From the IMG/VR virus record IMGVR_UViG_3300029288_000090, positions 62,557 through 126,556 of that record: a DNA stretch of 64,000 nucleotides, one strand, 5' to 3'. The position numbers and the translations under genes are program-made. Within the stretch, counting starts at the first letter, position 1. Each line of letters begins with the position of its first letter. This document shows positions 36,022 to 45,914 of the stretch, in pieces. The stretch comes from a virus. Taxonomy: Duplodnaviria > Caudoviricetes. The notes beneath the pieces were generated by a model. It did not search any database and was not told where the DNA came from. It was given only the letters and a program-made list of their open reading frames with translations.

Positions 36022-36246
36022 CTATACTTTCAGTTCGGGCCAAAAATCGTCTGTTTTCCGTACATATTTTGGGAGTCTTTGTATTTTCTCCATCTCTATC
36101 TTATCACAGGATGAAACAGTAAAGTGTTCGCACGAGGGTGAATCTGTTAAACACTGACATAAAGAAACTACAGATTCAGTATAAGTACAAGCTTCATGGA
36201 TTTCTTCCATAGGATTTATCCATGTAATAATAATTAGACAATTCAT
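36022..36246 (-). CDS. hypothetical protein
   Basis: 74 aa, GGAG RBS. Confidence 0.55.
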   Translation of the reverse strand: MNCLIIITWINPMEEIHEACTYTESVVSLCQCLTDSPSCEHFTVSSCDKIEMEKIQRLPKYVRKTDDFWPELKV

Positions 36247-36303
36247 TTTTTATTCTCCATGATCTAATATTTTACCATTAGGTCATCCTTCGGAATTAGC
36301 TAA

Positions 36304-36594
36304 TCATGGTCTATATACTCCATCACCAGAGTTTAATGATTCCTTTACAGAGTCCGGCAAATCGCACCGATGGCATTCAACAGCGGAAATTCCTTCTTGT
36401 AGTTGCATCAACGCCAACTGATATATGGGATGATCCTTCAACTGAGGATTCATCTTAGGCATTGTATCCCGAAAGTTAATTTCTGCATGCCTTAACATTT
36501 CAATTGCTTGGTTCATTTCGTCTGTCCTTTCACCCACGCCCGACGCATGGCGAGCAGGAAACATTGTATTTTCTGTTGGTTTGTTGCTTGCCAT
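36304..36594 (-). CDS. hypothetical protein
   Basis: Ends with LPDSVKESLNSGDGVYRP, a common small phage protein C-terminus. Confidence 0.6.
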   Translation of the reverse strand: MASNKPTENTMFPARHASGVGERTDEMNQAIEMLRHAEINFRDTMPKMNPQLKDHPIYQLALMQLQEGISAVECHRCDLPDSVKESLNSGDGVYRP

Positions 36595-36950
36595 GCAAAC
36601 CAGCCATCTATCATTTCGTCGTCCATGCTAATCATATCACCGCCCAATAGTCTTCTGGCCACCGGACGTAAATAAAATCTATTTTCCATGCCGTGCCACG
36701 ACTGTTTCATTCCCTCCCACACTATGGCGAGTGGGGGAAGAGGGCACCTGTGTTCTCTCGCACTCGATCTGCTGTATAACCACGTGTGGCACATAGCGCA
36801 ATGCCATTGTTGTATGTCCTTATAAAATGCCAGCGTACTCTGTGGAGTCTGCATCCCCGTCAGCCACTTCTCGAACGAAGGCTTGTCCATTGGAGCATTG
36901 AGGATTTCCTTCTCGGTACATAGTTCCCAGTTGATCTTTAGATCCATCAT
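36513..36950 (-). CDS. hypothetical protein with a CxxC..HxC motif
   Basis: 145 aa ORF, GGAGG RBS. Confidence 0.6.
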   Translation of the reverse strand: MMDLKINWELCTEKEILNAPMDKPSFEKWLTGMQTPQSTLAFYKDIQQWHCAMCHTWLYSRSSAREHRCPLPPLAIVWEGMKQSWHGMENRFYLRPVARRLLGGDMISMDDEMIDGWFAWQATNQQKIQCFLLAMRRAWVKGQTK

Positions 36951-37125
36951 ACACAGTCCTCCATCAGATAATCCGGCACTCTATCTATATCGGAAAACTC
37001 TCCACATGTTTTACACATAAAACCAACCCATAACTTGTCATCGTTCCGCCATGTTATAGTATACCCTCGCTGCCAATGCAGAAGATGAGCAATTTTGTGA
37101 ATCAATCGTTTCGTTTCTTCACCTT

Positions 37126-37302
37126 CTACACAGCAACAGAATATTTGTCTAGCAACTCTCCACTAAAACACCCTAGATACCTCCAACGTTTTAATTTCCA
37201 CCCGCTTGAACAACTAGCATCCCCATTGCCTCCTCGTTTACATTCACAACAAGCGACTTGCAACATACCACGAGAATCTTTTTTACTGTATTTTGGTTTC
37301 AT
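37126..37302 (-). CDS. small Cys-rich protein (58 aa)
   Basis: Manual translation MKPKYSKKDSRGMLQVACCECKRGGNGDASCSSGW...GCFSGELL; ATGA overlap. Confidence 0.55.
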   Translation of the reverse strand: MKPKYSKKDSRGMLQVACCECKRGGNGDASCSSGWKLKRWRYLGCFSGELLDKYSVAV

Positions 37303-37761
37303 TTCTTCACCAGTCTTTCTCTTTTTTTCTTTATCGTCAAATACTTTTTTATAAACTTTTCAGCATCTTCATCTATTAGTACAAAGATATGACAAGTCCT
37401 CCCTGTTTTACTTAACTTTTTCCATATAGTTACTAAATAGTCGTCTACTGTATCACTAAACATATTATAGTCTATTGCCTTTATTTTTTTGTTTGAAGGA
37501 ACATAAAATGTAAACATGTCTATGCCGGAAGAAATTCTTCTTAAGCAAACCTTTTTTGACTTTTTTGCATTGTTAGTCAAAAGTACCATCTTTTTTGGAA
37601 TCACTCCGAATACCTGAGTTAAAAACCTCCTCACAAAGGAATATGAACTCATCTTTAGATGTATTTTCTGAACAAGAAAAGTTTGGTACAACTCGAGTAT
37701 ACGACCTATAGTCTCCTAGGTATTGAGTTTTTGAATCTAATATAAAAGTATCTAGGATCAT
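37299..37761 (-). pseudogene. paralog B of 35606-35971, split by a +1 frameshift near 37632
   Basis: The N-part (MILDTFILDSK..SKDEFIFLC) and C-part (RFLTQVFGVIPKKMVL..) lie in different frames but align end to end with paralog A. Confidence 0.7.
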
Positions 37762-37772
37762 ACTGGTTCTCC

Positions 37773-37979
37773 TTACTTCTTTATATGCTTATTAGTATGA
37801 GGGACTCCACCTTGCTGGATATACTCTTCTTGTGTAAGTGTACGGATAGCTCCGGATTTTTTAGCACATTCATAGGAGCAATAGTACCAAAACGGCCTAC
37901 ATAAACGTGCCATAGACTCATCTATCCAATTCCTACATCCTTTAGCATGGCATCTCATAGTTATTCTCATGCGTCCCAT
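37773..37979 (-). CDS. small zinc-binding protein
   Basis: CHAKGC...YYCSYEC. Confidence 0.55.
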   Translation of the reverse strand: MGRMRITMRCHAKGCRNWIDESMARLCRPFWYYCSYECAKKSGAIRTLTQEEYIQQGGVPHTNKHIKK

Positions 37980-37981
37980 TT

Positions 37982-38248
37982 TTACTTCTCCTGCAACTGT
38001 TTTTTATACTTTTTGGGTACTTTTATGGAAGTAACGTGATCAGCCAAATCAGAGAAGAACTCAGGAAGTTTTCCGTCTTTAACATAGCCCCATACTTTTC
38101 CTCCTGCCAAAAAGGACTCTCTGACAAGAGCAACATCATGTTTATCTTCTATATCATCCCAAATATGAGGATTATCAGAATGATCTATATCCAGTATTTC
38201 ATCATCTTCTGATAAGTATTCACAAACCCATTCATATGTAATGGACAT
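37982..38248 (-). CDS. hypothetical early protein
   Basis: 88 aa, AGGAG RBS, first gene after the sigma70 promoter. Confidence 0.65.
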   Translation of the reverse strand: MSITYEWVCEYLSEDDEILDIDHSDNPHIWDDIEDKHDVALVRESFLAGGKVWGYVKDGKLPEFFSDLADHVTSIKVPKKYKKQLQEK

Positions 38249-38305
38249 TTATCATTTTTCTCCTGTATAAGAACTTGTAATAAGTAGTATTTTAACCATA
38301 TCCTT

Positions 38306-38334
38306 ATTATAACCTATAATTTTATAAAAATCAA
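38306..38334 (-). promoter_or_regulatory. sigma70-type promoter TTGATT-N17-TATAAT
   Basis: Minus strand -35 at 38334-38329 and -10 at 38311-38306, ahead of the leftward small-gene cluster. Confidence 0.75.
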
Positions 38335-38496
38335 GGACATTTTCTTAAATACCTCTTTTATAACTCTTTATTTTATAAGCATTTATAAAATATGTACTTT
38401 TTAAAGGCATACTAAAACAACCTTTTCCCCTTGTTTATTAAATGAAAAAGGAGAGGATAAATGGGGTATACGTATGTCTAAGGAGACGGTGTAAAT

Positions 38497-40218
38497 ATGG
38501 CAAATAAGTTGATGCAGCTGCTGAGAAAAGTATTTCCGTCTCCGGCTACGATGACCCCGCAAGCTGTAGAAGATATAGCCAATTCTACTCCCAAAGAATT
38601 AAATGATAAGCAGAAGTCAGTCTTAGCCAAGTTTGGACAGTTTAGTTCAGACTTGACTGATCTGATGATGAAAAGCACCATGATTAACTTTGAGAGGATT
38701 ATGGTATATAGGGAGCTTGATCGGAGTTTAATGCATTGGATGGTAGGATCTGCTGCAGAGTTATATGCTGATTATGTTACTACTTATGATAAGATCAGAG
38801 GAGCTACGGTTTGGATCACTTCTGAAAATAAGAAGTATGAGACTGAACTAAATAATCTTCTTCAACAGATCAATATTGAAGAGAAGATCTATGATTGGAC
38901 TTATACTACTGGAGTCTATGGAGATCTCTTTGTTAAGCCAGAAGCCATTCCAGGAATGGGTATCATAGGAGTCAATGATGATGAACATCCTATGAATATC
39001 AGTAGGTTGGATAAGAATGTTCTTTTAGGGTTCTACAGGACTCCTATTCCAACTGGTGGATCTGCTGCAGTAGAATCAGATCTTCTTCCTCCTTGGGAAT
39101 ATATTCATTTTAGGATATTAGGGAGTAGAAAGAGGAGATCGGTTCATGGGGATCCTTTATTCAGTCAATTTAGTTCTGTACACTTCTTAAGTTCCGATAA
39201 CAGACAAATGAGTTCTAAGTATGGCACTAGTCTTTTGGTAAACGCCTTGACTCCTTATAAGCGATTGAGGATGGCCGAAGATAGTTTACTTATGGCACGA
39301 GCCACAAGAGGAGTTGAGAAGTACATTTATAAACTAAAAGTAGATGAAGGGAATATAGAAGCTGTTGACTCCATTCTCGATCAGTATGTAGGACTTCTGA
39401 AAAAGGCACGAGCCATAGATACCAGAAATTCTTCTCCTTATTTTGATCAACAGATGCAGTTGATGTCTGTTATGGAGGACATCATCCTTCCTGTATGGGG
39501 AGATGTCAATGATCTTGATATTGAGAAAATAGGAGGAGATGTCAATGTTCGATGGATAGTAGATGTTGAAGAATTAAGGAACCAGCTGGCTTCTTCATTA
39601 CGAACTCCTTTATCTTTATTGGGAGGATATGTTCAGGAGTCAACAGGAGCATTAGGAGCAACATCTCTTGAGAAGTTGGATATAAGATTTGCCAGGAGTA
39701 GTAGACGACTTCAAAGGGCAGTCATAGAAGGGATTACTAGATTGTGTCAGGTTCATCTCTCTTATTTAGGATTGGATCCTGATACAAAACTATTTAAGGT
39801 AAATATGCCCGAAACTTCTACTGCAGAAGAGCAAGATATAGTTGAAACATTGTCTTCTTCTGTAGATGCCATAGCCAAGTTCATGGATATGTTAAATACG
39901 ATGGAGGGCGTTAACTTTGATAAAGAAGGAATAGTGTCTTTTCTATCCAATAAGATCCTTAAGATAGGAGACTTCCATATAGAGGATTATGTCAAAGAAG
40001 GTGGAGAACTCCTGACTGAAGCCAAGAAAGGAATGATAGAGACCGCTGTGGAATATATCTCCAGATCCGCCATTGGAGGGGTTGGAGGAAAATATCTATC
40101 CATGTTTGCTTCTAACGGAGATTTCCGGGCGTACACCTATAAGGATAGGATGATGTGGGAATCCTGTTTTAAAGATAAGAAAGTCAAGACCAAGTTTGAA
40201 AATGTTAGCAGTAATTGA
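38497..40218 (+). CDS. portal protein, T4 gp20-like
   Basis: YGDLF, EYIHFR, YGTSLL..A...YKRLRMAEDSLLMARATR, IYKLKV, DIRFAR...RLQ. Confidence 0.88.
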   Translation: MANKLMQLLRKVFPSPATMTPQAVEDIANSTPKELNDKQKSVLAKFGQFSSDLTDLMMKSTMINFERIMVYRELDRSLMHWMVGSAAELYADYVTTYDKIRGATVWITSENKKYETELNNLLQQINIEEKIYDWTYTTGVYGDLFVKPEAIPGMGIIGVNDDEHPMNISRLDKNVLLGFYRTPIPTGGSAAVESDLLPPWEYIHFRILGSRKRRSVHGDPLFSQFSSVHFLSSDNRQMSSKYGTSLLVNALTPYKRLRMAEDSLLMARATRGVEKYIYKLKVDEGNIEAVDSILDQYVGLLKKARAIDTRNSSPYFDQQMQLMSVMEDIILPVWGDVNDLDIEKIGGDVNVRWIVDVEELRNQLASSLRTPLSLLGGYVQESTGALGATSLEKLDIRFARSSRRLQRAVIEGITRLCQVHLSYLGLDPDTKLFKVNMPETSTAEEQDIVETLSSSVDAIAKFMDMLNTMEGVNFDKEGIVSFLSNKILKIGDFHIEDYVKEGGELLTEAKKGMIETAVEYISRSAIGGVGGKYLSMFASNGDFRAYTYKDRMMWESCFKDKKVKTKFENVSSN

Positions 40219-40275
40219 TTTACATTCTCTTCTTCATGTCCTAGGGGCGGTTAACCCTTCCCGCCCTTGGGACTA

Positions 40276-40575
40276 TTTATGAAAAAAGAATCAACAAAAA
40301 GTATAGCAGGAAATGTATTCCATTTAATGATGGAGGATACAGCCTTCGACGAAAGAAGTAAAGAACTTATGGTACGAGCTTTATTAGACGGAGTTATTCC
40401 AAAGACGTTTCCATCATGTAAAACTATGATTCGTGAATTGATGAAGTTGAAAGAGTGTATTTCGACAGTGACATCTTGTGTTTCATATCTGGATAATGAA
40501 GATAGTTCTATGTTGATTCAATTGTTTTACTTAAGATTCATTTTAGCTAAAAAGGCACTTAGCAATGGAAAATGA
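40276..40575 (+). CDS. hypothetical protein
   Basis: ORF 40267-40575; start uncertain, ATG near 40279. Confidence 0.5.
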   Translation, partial: FMKKESTKSIAGNVFHLMMEDTAFDERSKELMVRALLDGVIPKTFPSCKTMIRELMKLKECISTVTSCVSYLDNEDSSMLIQLFYLRFILAKKALSNGK

Positions 40576-40975
40576 AGTCCCTAAAAGTATCAGGGATGAA
40601 GTGATTAGGAGGACGTTGGGTAAAAAATCTCCTTCTCCTGTCAGTCAGTATCCTCGACGTCAGTGTACTCATTGTAGTGAAAGAGTCTCTTCTGAATTTA
40701 ATTTCTGCCCTCATTGTGGCAATCCCTGTACGATAAATTCAGGTAACGAAGGCAAAGATATCAGGGAAGATAAACAAACATCGTACGAACCCGTTCAGGG
40801 CAAAGGAACAGGGAATAGTTTACTGGATCCCCTCAACCGAGTTCTTCAGCTAAAAGAAACTACTGAGGAAGAAGAGATTAAGGTCAGTGATGACTTTCGA
40901 CGTTCCGTTGTTGAGCAGAAAGATAACAGGATGTTGTTTAGTATTTTGGGAGCTGTACACAAGATACAACATTAG
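40565..40975 (+). CDS. zinc-ribbon protein
   Basis: CTHC...FCPHCG. Confidence 0.7.
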   Translation: MENEVPKSIRDEVIRRTLGKKSPSPVSQYPRRQCTHCSERVSSEFNFCPHCGNPCTINSGNEGKDIREDKQTSYEPVQGKGTGNSLLDPLNRVLQLKETTEEEEIKVSDDFRRSVVEQKDNRMLFSILGAVHKIQH

Positions 40976-40976
40976 T

Positions 40977-41414
40977 ATGATAAAGAAAGTATACGAAGCA
41001 TTGAAGCCAGGGGATTTAGTAGAATGCCCCAGAGCTAATCAAAAAGGACATATCGTAGACATCCAGTATCCTGATGAGGGTGAACCTATCTACAGGGTTC
41101 AGTACTCCAATGGGAAGACTGAATGGTTAGAACGATCTATGTTAGTCAAGATAGGGCAAGGGAAGAAAACTGCTGTAGAGAATCAGACGTTACTGGCCAC
41201 ATTAGTTGAGTCATTAAAAGGCAAATCCGTTTATAAAACTCTGAAGGCGTTGTCAGAGGGAAAAGTTGAGGACAGTGCCGTGGCCCTCAAAGGATTATTT
41301 AGCCTTGGGACTCATGTGGCTATCGAAGTAGAGCATGGGCGTAAGGAGTATAGAACTCTACTTCCTTTTGTTGTTGAGAAGATTAATCATATATTGGAGA
41401 ACAGTTATGAATAA
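40977..41414 (+). CDS. head-region protein with an SH3/KOW-like domain
   Basis: LKPGDLV......GHIVDI......YRVQY.NG..EW; ATG at 40977. Confidence 0.6.
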   Translation: MIKKVYEALKPGDLVECPRANQKGHIVDIQYPDEGEPIYRVQYSNGKTEWLERSMLVKIGQGKKTAVENQTLLATLVESLKGKSVYKTLKALSEGKVEDSAVALKGLFSLGTHVAIEVEHGRKEYRTLLPFVVEKINHILENSYE

Positions 41415-42279
41415 TTTTGATATTATTTTAAATTATATTCGGAGTAAGATCGAAGAGTCTACTATCCGAGAAGAAGCAGGTGAGGATCCCTTTGAGCTAT
41501 ATGATGACGAAACCTCCAAGAGGAACAAAGCCTTGGCTACTTCTGAGATCAAAAAGATCCTCAATGGGTTTATTCAGAAGATGAAAGGGATTGTTGGCCC
41601 ATTAGATGATAAATCTATAAAAGAAGTTGTGGATACATTTTACAGTGTTCTCCATGTTTACAGTGGAGAACCTATTTCTCCAGAGAATTATGAGAATATT
41701 AAACTAAAAATTGAAGATGAGGCCAAAGGAAAGCTAGTTACTCTCATCTCTTCTACCTCTAAGAAACTGAATAGATATAAGAAGTATGGTGTAGGAGATA
41801 CAGCTACTGATGAAGCCATTGCTACATATATCAAGCGTAGACTTCAGGGAAGTGGCATGGAGGAGTCAGTGAATGAAGAAGAGGAAGATATGGATATGGG
41901 AGAAGATGGGATTCCTGCTGAGGAGATGCCAGGGAAAGATGATGAAGATGAGTTATTAGATACAGAAGAAGATGTATCCTATTCAGATTACTTACTTTCC
42001 AGACGTTTTAATCGGAAACTGTATGATAGGATGAAGGAGAAGTTACAAAAGTTTGTTGCTGATAATAAGAAGGAGATTCCTGGTTTACGAATTGAGATAA
42101 GTATGTCTGCTAAATATCAAACTCCTAATCTTATTGTTAAGGCAGATAGTAATGAGGTACTTTCTAATAAAATAGGTTTGGTTGATGATGCTATTGAAGA
42201 GATACTAGATGATATAGGATTTACTTTTCGTGGGGGAGAAGAAAGAAGTTGGGGATATACAATTGATTTTGAGGACTAA
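41407..42279 (+). CDS. acidic head-region protein
   Basis: ATG at 41407 with GGAG RBS; modular, with IEES/MEES/VNEE junctions. Confidence 0.65.
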   Translation: MNNFDIILNYIRSKIEESTIREEAGEDPFELYDDETSKRNKALATSEIKKILNGFIQKMKGIVGPLDDKSIKEVVDTFYSVLHVYSGEPISPENYENIKLKIEDEAKGKLVTLISSTSKKLNRYKKYGVGDTATDEAIATYIKRRLQGSGMEESVNEEEEDMDMGEDGIPAEEMPGKDDEDELLDTEEDVSYSDYLLSRRFNRKLYDRMKEKLQKFVADNKKEIPGLRIEISMSAKYQTPNLIVKADSNEVLSNKIGLVDDAIEEILDDIGFTFRGGEERSWGYTIDFED

Positions 42280-42308
42280 CAAATCTAACCGCACCTCTGG
42301 AGATTAAC

Positions 42309-42539
42309 ATGCTTACTGAACTACTTACACATACTATTCCTCCTAAATGCCAACAAGTCAAAGAAGCTGACTCTAAAAAAGGTGAAGACGAATGGCAGGC
42401 GGAGAAGGTTTTAAACTATATTGAGGACCTACTGTCTCGGGCTGGTAAAGAAGACTTAGTAGTAGCCCGAGAAGGGACTGAGCTTCTCCTGAAAGCCCAA
42501 GGAAAAGTATTCAGAGTCTCTGTGGAAAAGGTGATGTAG
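42309..42539 (+). CDS. hypothetical head-region protein
   Basis: 76 aa, GGAG RBS. Confidence 0.6.
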   Translation: MLTELLTHTIPPKCQQVKEADSKKGEDEWQAEKVLNYIEDLLSRAGKEDLVVAREGTELLLKAQGKVFRVSVEKVM

Positions 42540-42542
42540 AAT

Positions 42543-43028
42543 ATGTTTCAACAGTTGTTAGAAGATATCAGAAGTAAGTTGTATAGAGGAATGGAGATAG
42601 ATCCGGAGCTTGACGAAGGGATGTTAGATCAGTTAAATAGTATTAAAGGAATCACTGTTAAATCTGTATGTTTTGGACATCCAGAAGGTACTCGATCTTC
42701 TATGAAAGCTGGAGATAGCTCATATGCTGGAATAGCCTTTACTGATACTACTTCTAAAGATCCTACAGTAGTTTACGATAAGTGGAGAGACCTTCCAGGA
42801 GATGTCAATGTATTTGCTTGGGGTGGGCCTCATGGGAATTGGGTTGTCTGGAAAAATGGAGAACACAGAAATTCCGATATTTTTCCTTCTGATCCTTCTT
42901 CTTATCCAATTGATAGGGTAAGTATTTCTGTAGATGCTAATTTTAAGACATCGGAACAAAATGTTGAAGAAGTGAAGAACTGGTTCAATCAGTTAATACA
43001 GGCTATGGATTACAAGCAGAAGATGTAG
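42543..43028 (+). CDS. putative internal head protein (MFxxLL leader; xCxGH motif)
   Basis: MFQQLLEDIRS; IDPEL...LN.I.GI...SVCFGHP. Confidence 0.6.
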   Translation: MFQQLLEDIRSKLYRGMEIDPELDEGMLDQLNSIKGITVKSVCFGHPEGTRSSMKAGDSSYAGIAFTDTTSKDPTVVYDKWRDLPGDVNVFAWGGPHGNWVVWKNGEHRNSDIFPSDPSSYPIDRVSISVDANFKTSEQNVEEVKNWFNQLIQAMDYKQKM

Positions 43029-43048
43029 ATGTGTTGAGAGGCAATATA

Positions 43049-43429
43049 ATGTTTCAATCACTACTTCAATCAGTTAAAGAGTTTATGAATGTAGAGCAAC
43101 ATCCTGAACAGGTTGTAGAAGTAATTCATCTTAATACATTAGAAAAGATAAAGATGTTGGGACATTTTTATGGGTGGGATATAGATAAAGATACAGATGT
43201 TAAAATAGAAGGACCTCATCCTGATTCATTAGTAGGATGCTACATAGAAACTACTGATCCTGATGAACCTGTTGGAGGGTTAAGGAAAGGTCCAATTATT
43301 AAACTTATAAATTTTATGTTCAATGCAACATCTACTCCTCGTCGTGTTCGAATTTGGACTAAGACTATGAGGGGATGGAGGGATGATGTTGGACATATGT
43401 TTGTGGATATAAATGATATTATGGATTAG
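43049..43429 (+). CDS. putative internal head protein (MFxxLL leader)
   Basis: ATG at 43049 gives MFQSLLQSVKE; GAGG RBS. Confidence 0.6.
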   Translation: MFQSLLQSVKEFMNVEQHPEQVVEVIHLNTLEKIKMLGHFYGWDIDKDTDVKIEGPHPDSLVGCYIETTDPDEPVGGLRKGPIIKLINFMFNATSTPRRVRIWTKTMRGWRDDVGHMFVDINDIMD

Positions 43430-43437
43430 GTGCTATT

Positions 43438-43659
43438 ATGTTTAATGAGCTTTTGGAAGACATAAGAGATAAAATGTCTCCAAAGCCTTATAGGATATTT
43501 CGTGATACTTTTGATCGAACTACTATGAAAGCCAAGGCTTTGGATTCTGAAGATAGACAAGTGGACGTTTATGGAACTTATGCGTGGGCTCCTCAATTGA
43601 CTTGGTATGATGAGACCAATAAAGAATGGATTGAAAATTGGGAATGGGATCATATCTAG
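43438..43659 (+). CDS. putative internal head protein (MFxxLL leader)
   Basis: MFNELLEDIRD. Confidence 0.6.
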   Translation: MFNELLEDIRDKMSPKPYRIFRDTFDRTTMKAKALDSEDRQVDVYGTYAWAPQLTWYDETNKEWIENWEWDHI

Positions 43660-43668
43660 GAGAATAAT

Positions 43669-44274
43669 ATGACCAGATTTGGAAGTTTATACGGAAAAAT
43701 ACGGGAAGCTGTTGAAGTTACTCCCCCCGAATATGTGGGAGAAGAAGATACAGGAAATGATTTTAATCAGGAGATGATCCGTGATCTACATTTAGTTCCT
43801 CCTAAAAAGAAACGTCAGGATTATGATCCAGAGCAGTTAGATATCGGGTCATCTGTAGAAGAGGAGCATACCTCCGATCCAGAATTAGCGGCAATTATTG
43901 CAGCTAATCATTTAGATGAAATTCCTGATTACTATACTCGTCTAAAGGAAATGGAGGAGGAGGCCAAAGGAGAAAAAGGCGGAGATTTAGATTTAGAAGC
44001 AGAAGAAGGTCCGTCCCTGGAGGATGAAGAAGAGAAAGCCAAGCCAATGCAGAACATGGAGGGAGTAGTTGAAGAGAGTAGATCTAATGAATCTAATGGT
44101 TTTGAGAAAGAACGTAATAGGGCACAGGGAGAAAGAAATAGAAGGAAATCGATGTTAGCTCTTCGTGGAATTACAGGAGAGGAAGCTGATAAAATTATTA
44201 AAAACTATTCCTCTTCTGAATTTGACAGGTTTATAAAAAAGCATCCTATGCGAAAGAAAGATAATGAAGAATAG
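43669..44274 (+). CDS. DUF5661-like head-region protein
   Basis: QLDIGSSVEEEHT.DPELA..IA..HLDEIPDYYTRL. Confidence 0.7.
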   Translation: MTRFGSLYGKIREAVEVTPPEYVGEEDTGNDFNQEMIRDLHLVPPKKKRQDYDPEQLDIGSSVEEEHTSDPELAAIIAANHLDEIPDYYTRLKEMEEEAKGEKGGDLDLEAEEGPSLEDEEEKAKPMQNMEGVVEESRSNESNGFEKERNRAQGERNRRKSMLALRGITGEEADKIIKNYSSSEFDRFIKKHPMRKKDNEE

Positions 44275-44303
44275 AAAGCCAAGCTAATGCAGAACATGTA
44301 GGG
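44024..44303 (+). repeat. 40 bp direct repeat (44024-44063 and 44264-44303), 3 mismatches
   Basis: ATGAAGAAGAGAAAGCCAAGCCAATGCAGAACATGGAGGG versus ATGAAGAATAGAAAGCCAAGCTAATGCAGAACATGTAGGG. Confidence 0.85.
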
Positions 44304-44376
44304 CGTCAAGGAAAATTAGTCTATGTGTTCTTCTTTTAGCTGTTTTTTGATTTGGTTGGGAATAAGGAGACATAAT

Positions 44377-44598
44377 ATGTATTATATAGGATTGTTTGAA
44401 GCGAAAGACGGACCACGATGGCGTCTTATGCATAAAAATGGGAACATCCTTTCTACTTCAGAATCGTACAGTAATTTGAAGGAAAGAGAGGATACTGTTG
44501 TCAATCTGGCTATTTCTCATAAATTCGAGATTCGGAATATGGATACTGGAAAGCAGATGACGATTTCTGAAGGAAGAATCGTTGAATTGGTTGAATAG
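44377..44598 (+). CDS. YegP/DUF1508-family protein
   Basis: LFEAKDG.RWRL..KNGNILSTSESYSN; AAGGAG RBS before ATG 44377. Confidence 0.75.
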   Translation: MYYIGLFEAKDGPRWRLMHKNGNILSTSESYSNLKEREDTVVNLAISHKFEIRNMDTGKQMTISEGRIVELVE

Positions 44599-44637
44599 GA
44601 ATAAGGTTTTTGGTTTACATACAAGGAGAATTATATT

Positions 44638-45312
44638 ATGATAAACCCCAATGCAATTATGGAAAACGTAGCTCGCAATGTTGAACGACCTTACGTTGTA
44701 AGAGTACTCAAGTATGGAAATCGTGTTTTCAACGTTGAGGAGTCAAAGTACTATTTGGACAAAAAGATCGCCTTGGACGAGGCCAAGAAGATTAAGCCTC
44801 CCGTCAACTGTTTTGTTGAAGTTAGAGAAAAGAATAATGAATCTTTTGTTGATGATAAGTGCGTTATCTGGCGGTCAGACAAAGTCGTCGAATCTGGAAG
44901 CAAAGGTGATTACGGTTTGAATCCAGATACTTCCTCTGGCGGACCCGAGGAAAGTGACAATCCCAAAGAGATCAAGCATGAGGCTGGAAACACTGGAAAG
45001 TTGAAGCCAGAGAAAACTCCCAATCCTGGAGATAAACTTCCAGAAGGAAAGGCAGATGAAGCAGCCAAGAAGGACAACAAGTCAGGAAAATCTCCAAAGA
45101 CTGCTACGGCTAAGCTCCCTTTGAAGCAAGAAAAGACTCCTAATCAAGGGACGTTGGAAGCCAAGAAGAAAGACGATAAGAAGAAGGATGATAAGAAAGG
45201 TAAGAAGATGGCCAAAGAAGGACGTGTTCCATCATCTCCTACAGGCGATGCAGAAGGGACACTTATCAAGGATCTGACGGAGGGAGAAGGAGATGATGAA
45301 GAGGGCGGTTAG
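44638..45312 (+). CDS. charged low-complexity head-region protein; may continue in the -1 frame to 45488
   Basis: 224 aa, Lys/Glu rich; the frame 45309-45488 continues the acidic sequence. Confidence 0.65.
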   Translation: MINPNAIMENVARNVERPYVVRVLKYGNRVFNVEESKYYLDKKIALDEAKKIKPPVNCFVEVREKNNESFVDDKCVIWRSDKVVESGSKGDYGLNPDTSSGGPEESDNPKEIKHEAGNTGKLKPEKTPNPGDKLPEGKADEAAKKDNKSGKSPKTATAKLPLKQEKTPNQGTLEAKKKDDKKKDDKKGKKMAKEGRVPSSPTGDAEGTLIKDLTEGEGDDEEGG

Positions 45313-45498
45313 GTGAGGATCTTGAATATCAATATCCTGAAATGGAAAGTGATTTGATGGAGTTTAGAAATATCATCTCCAGAATAGTCAAACGGATAAA
45401 AGAATCAGGTCGTGGGGAGGATATGAACATAGGCGAATTCTTTGGTGAAGAACTTAACGAGATTCTTGAAAGTTTAGAAGTATTCTAAGGATTAGCTT

Positions 45499-45849
45499 AT
45501 GCCTTTCGAAGATATAGAATTGTCAGGAGTAGGTCCTGTTCACCATGCTCGTATCCCAATCACTGATGGATCAGTAGTTACATTGGTAGAGGGTGAAGAG
45601 AATTTACGAGTATGGATATGGAGGATGGAGATTAGTAGTAATGTTGCTTCCAAGTTTACTCTCCGTTCGGGAAACAAACCCATTTTTGATATGCATGCTG
45701 GACAAAAATGGGGTCATGTAGATGGATCAGAAGCTCGGTCTCCAAGATACGTTACAGATGTTGGAGATTCTTTTACGGTCCAATCCAGCCAATCTTCAGT
45801 AGATGCCAACGTATACTTACAATGGCAGATGAAGGGGCCAGAAGCCTAA
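45499..45849 (+). CDS. putative structural beta-sandwich protein
   Basis: 116 aa, beta-strand-like pattern. Confidence 0.55.
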   Translation: MPFEDIELSGVGPVHHARIPITDGSVVTLVEGEENLRVWIWRMEISSNVASKFTLRSGNKPIFDMHAGQKWGHVDGSEARSPRYVTDVGDSFTVQSSQSSVDANVYLQWQMKGPEA

Positions 45850-45914
45850 TGTGTAATTCTCACTGTGTGCTATGATGTTAGGAACTAAAAGTCATCTAAT
45901 TGTAAGGACAAGAA

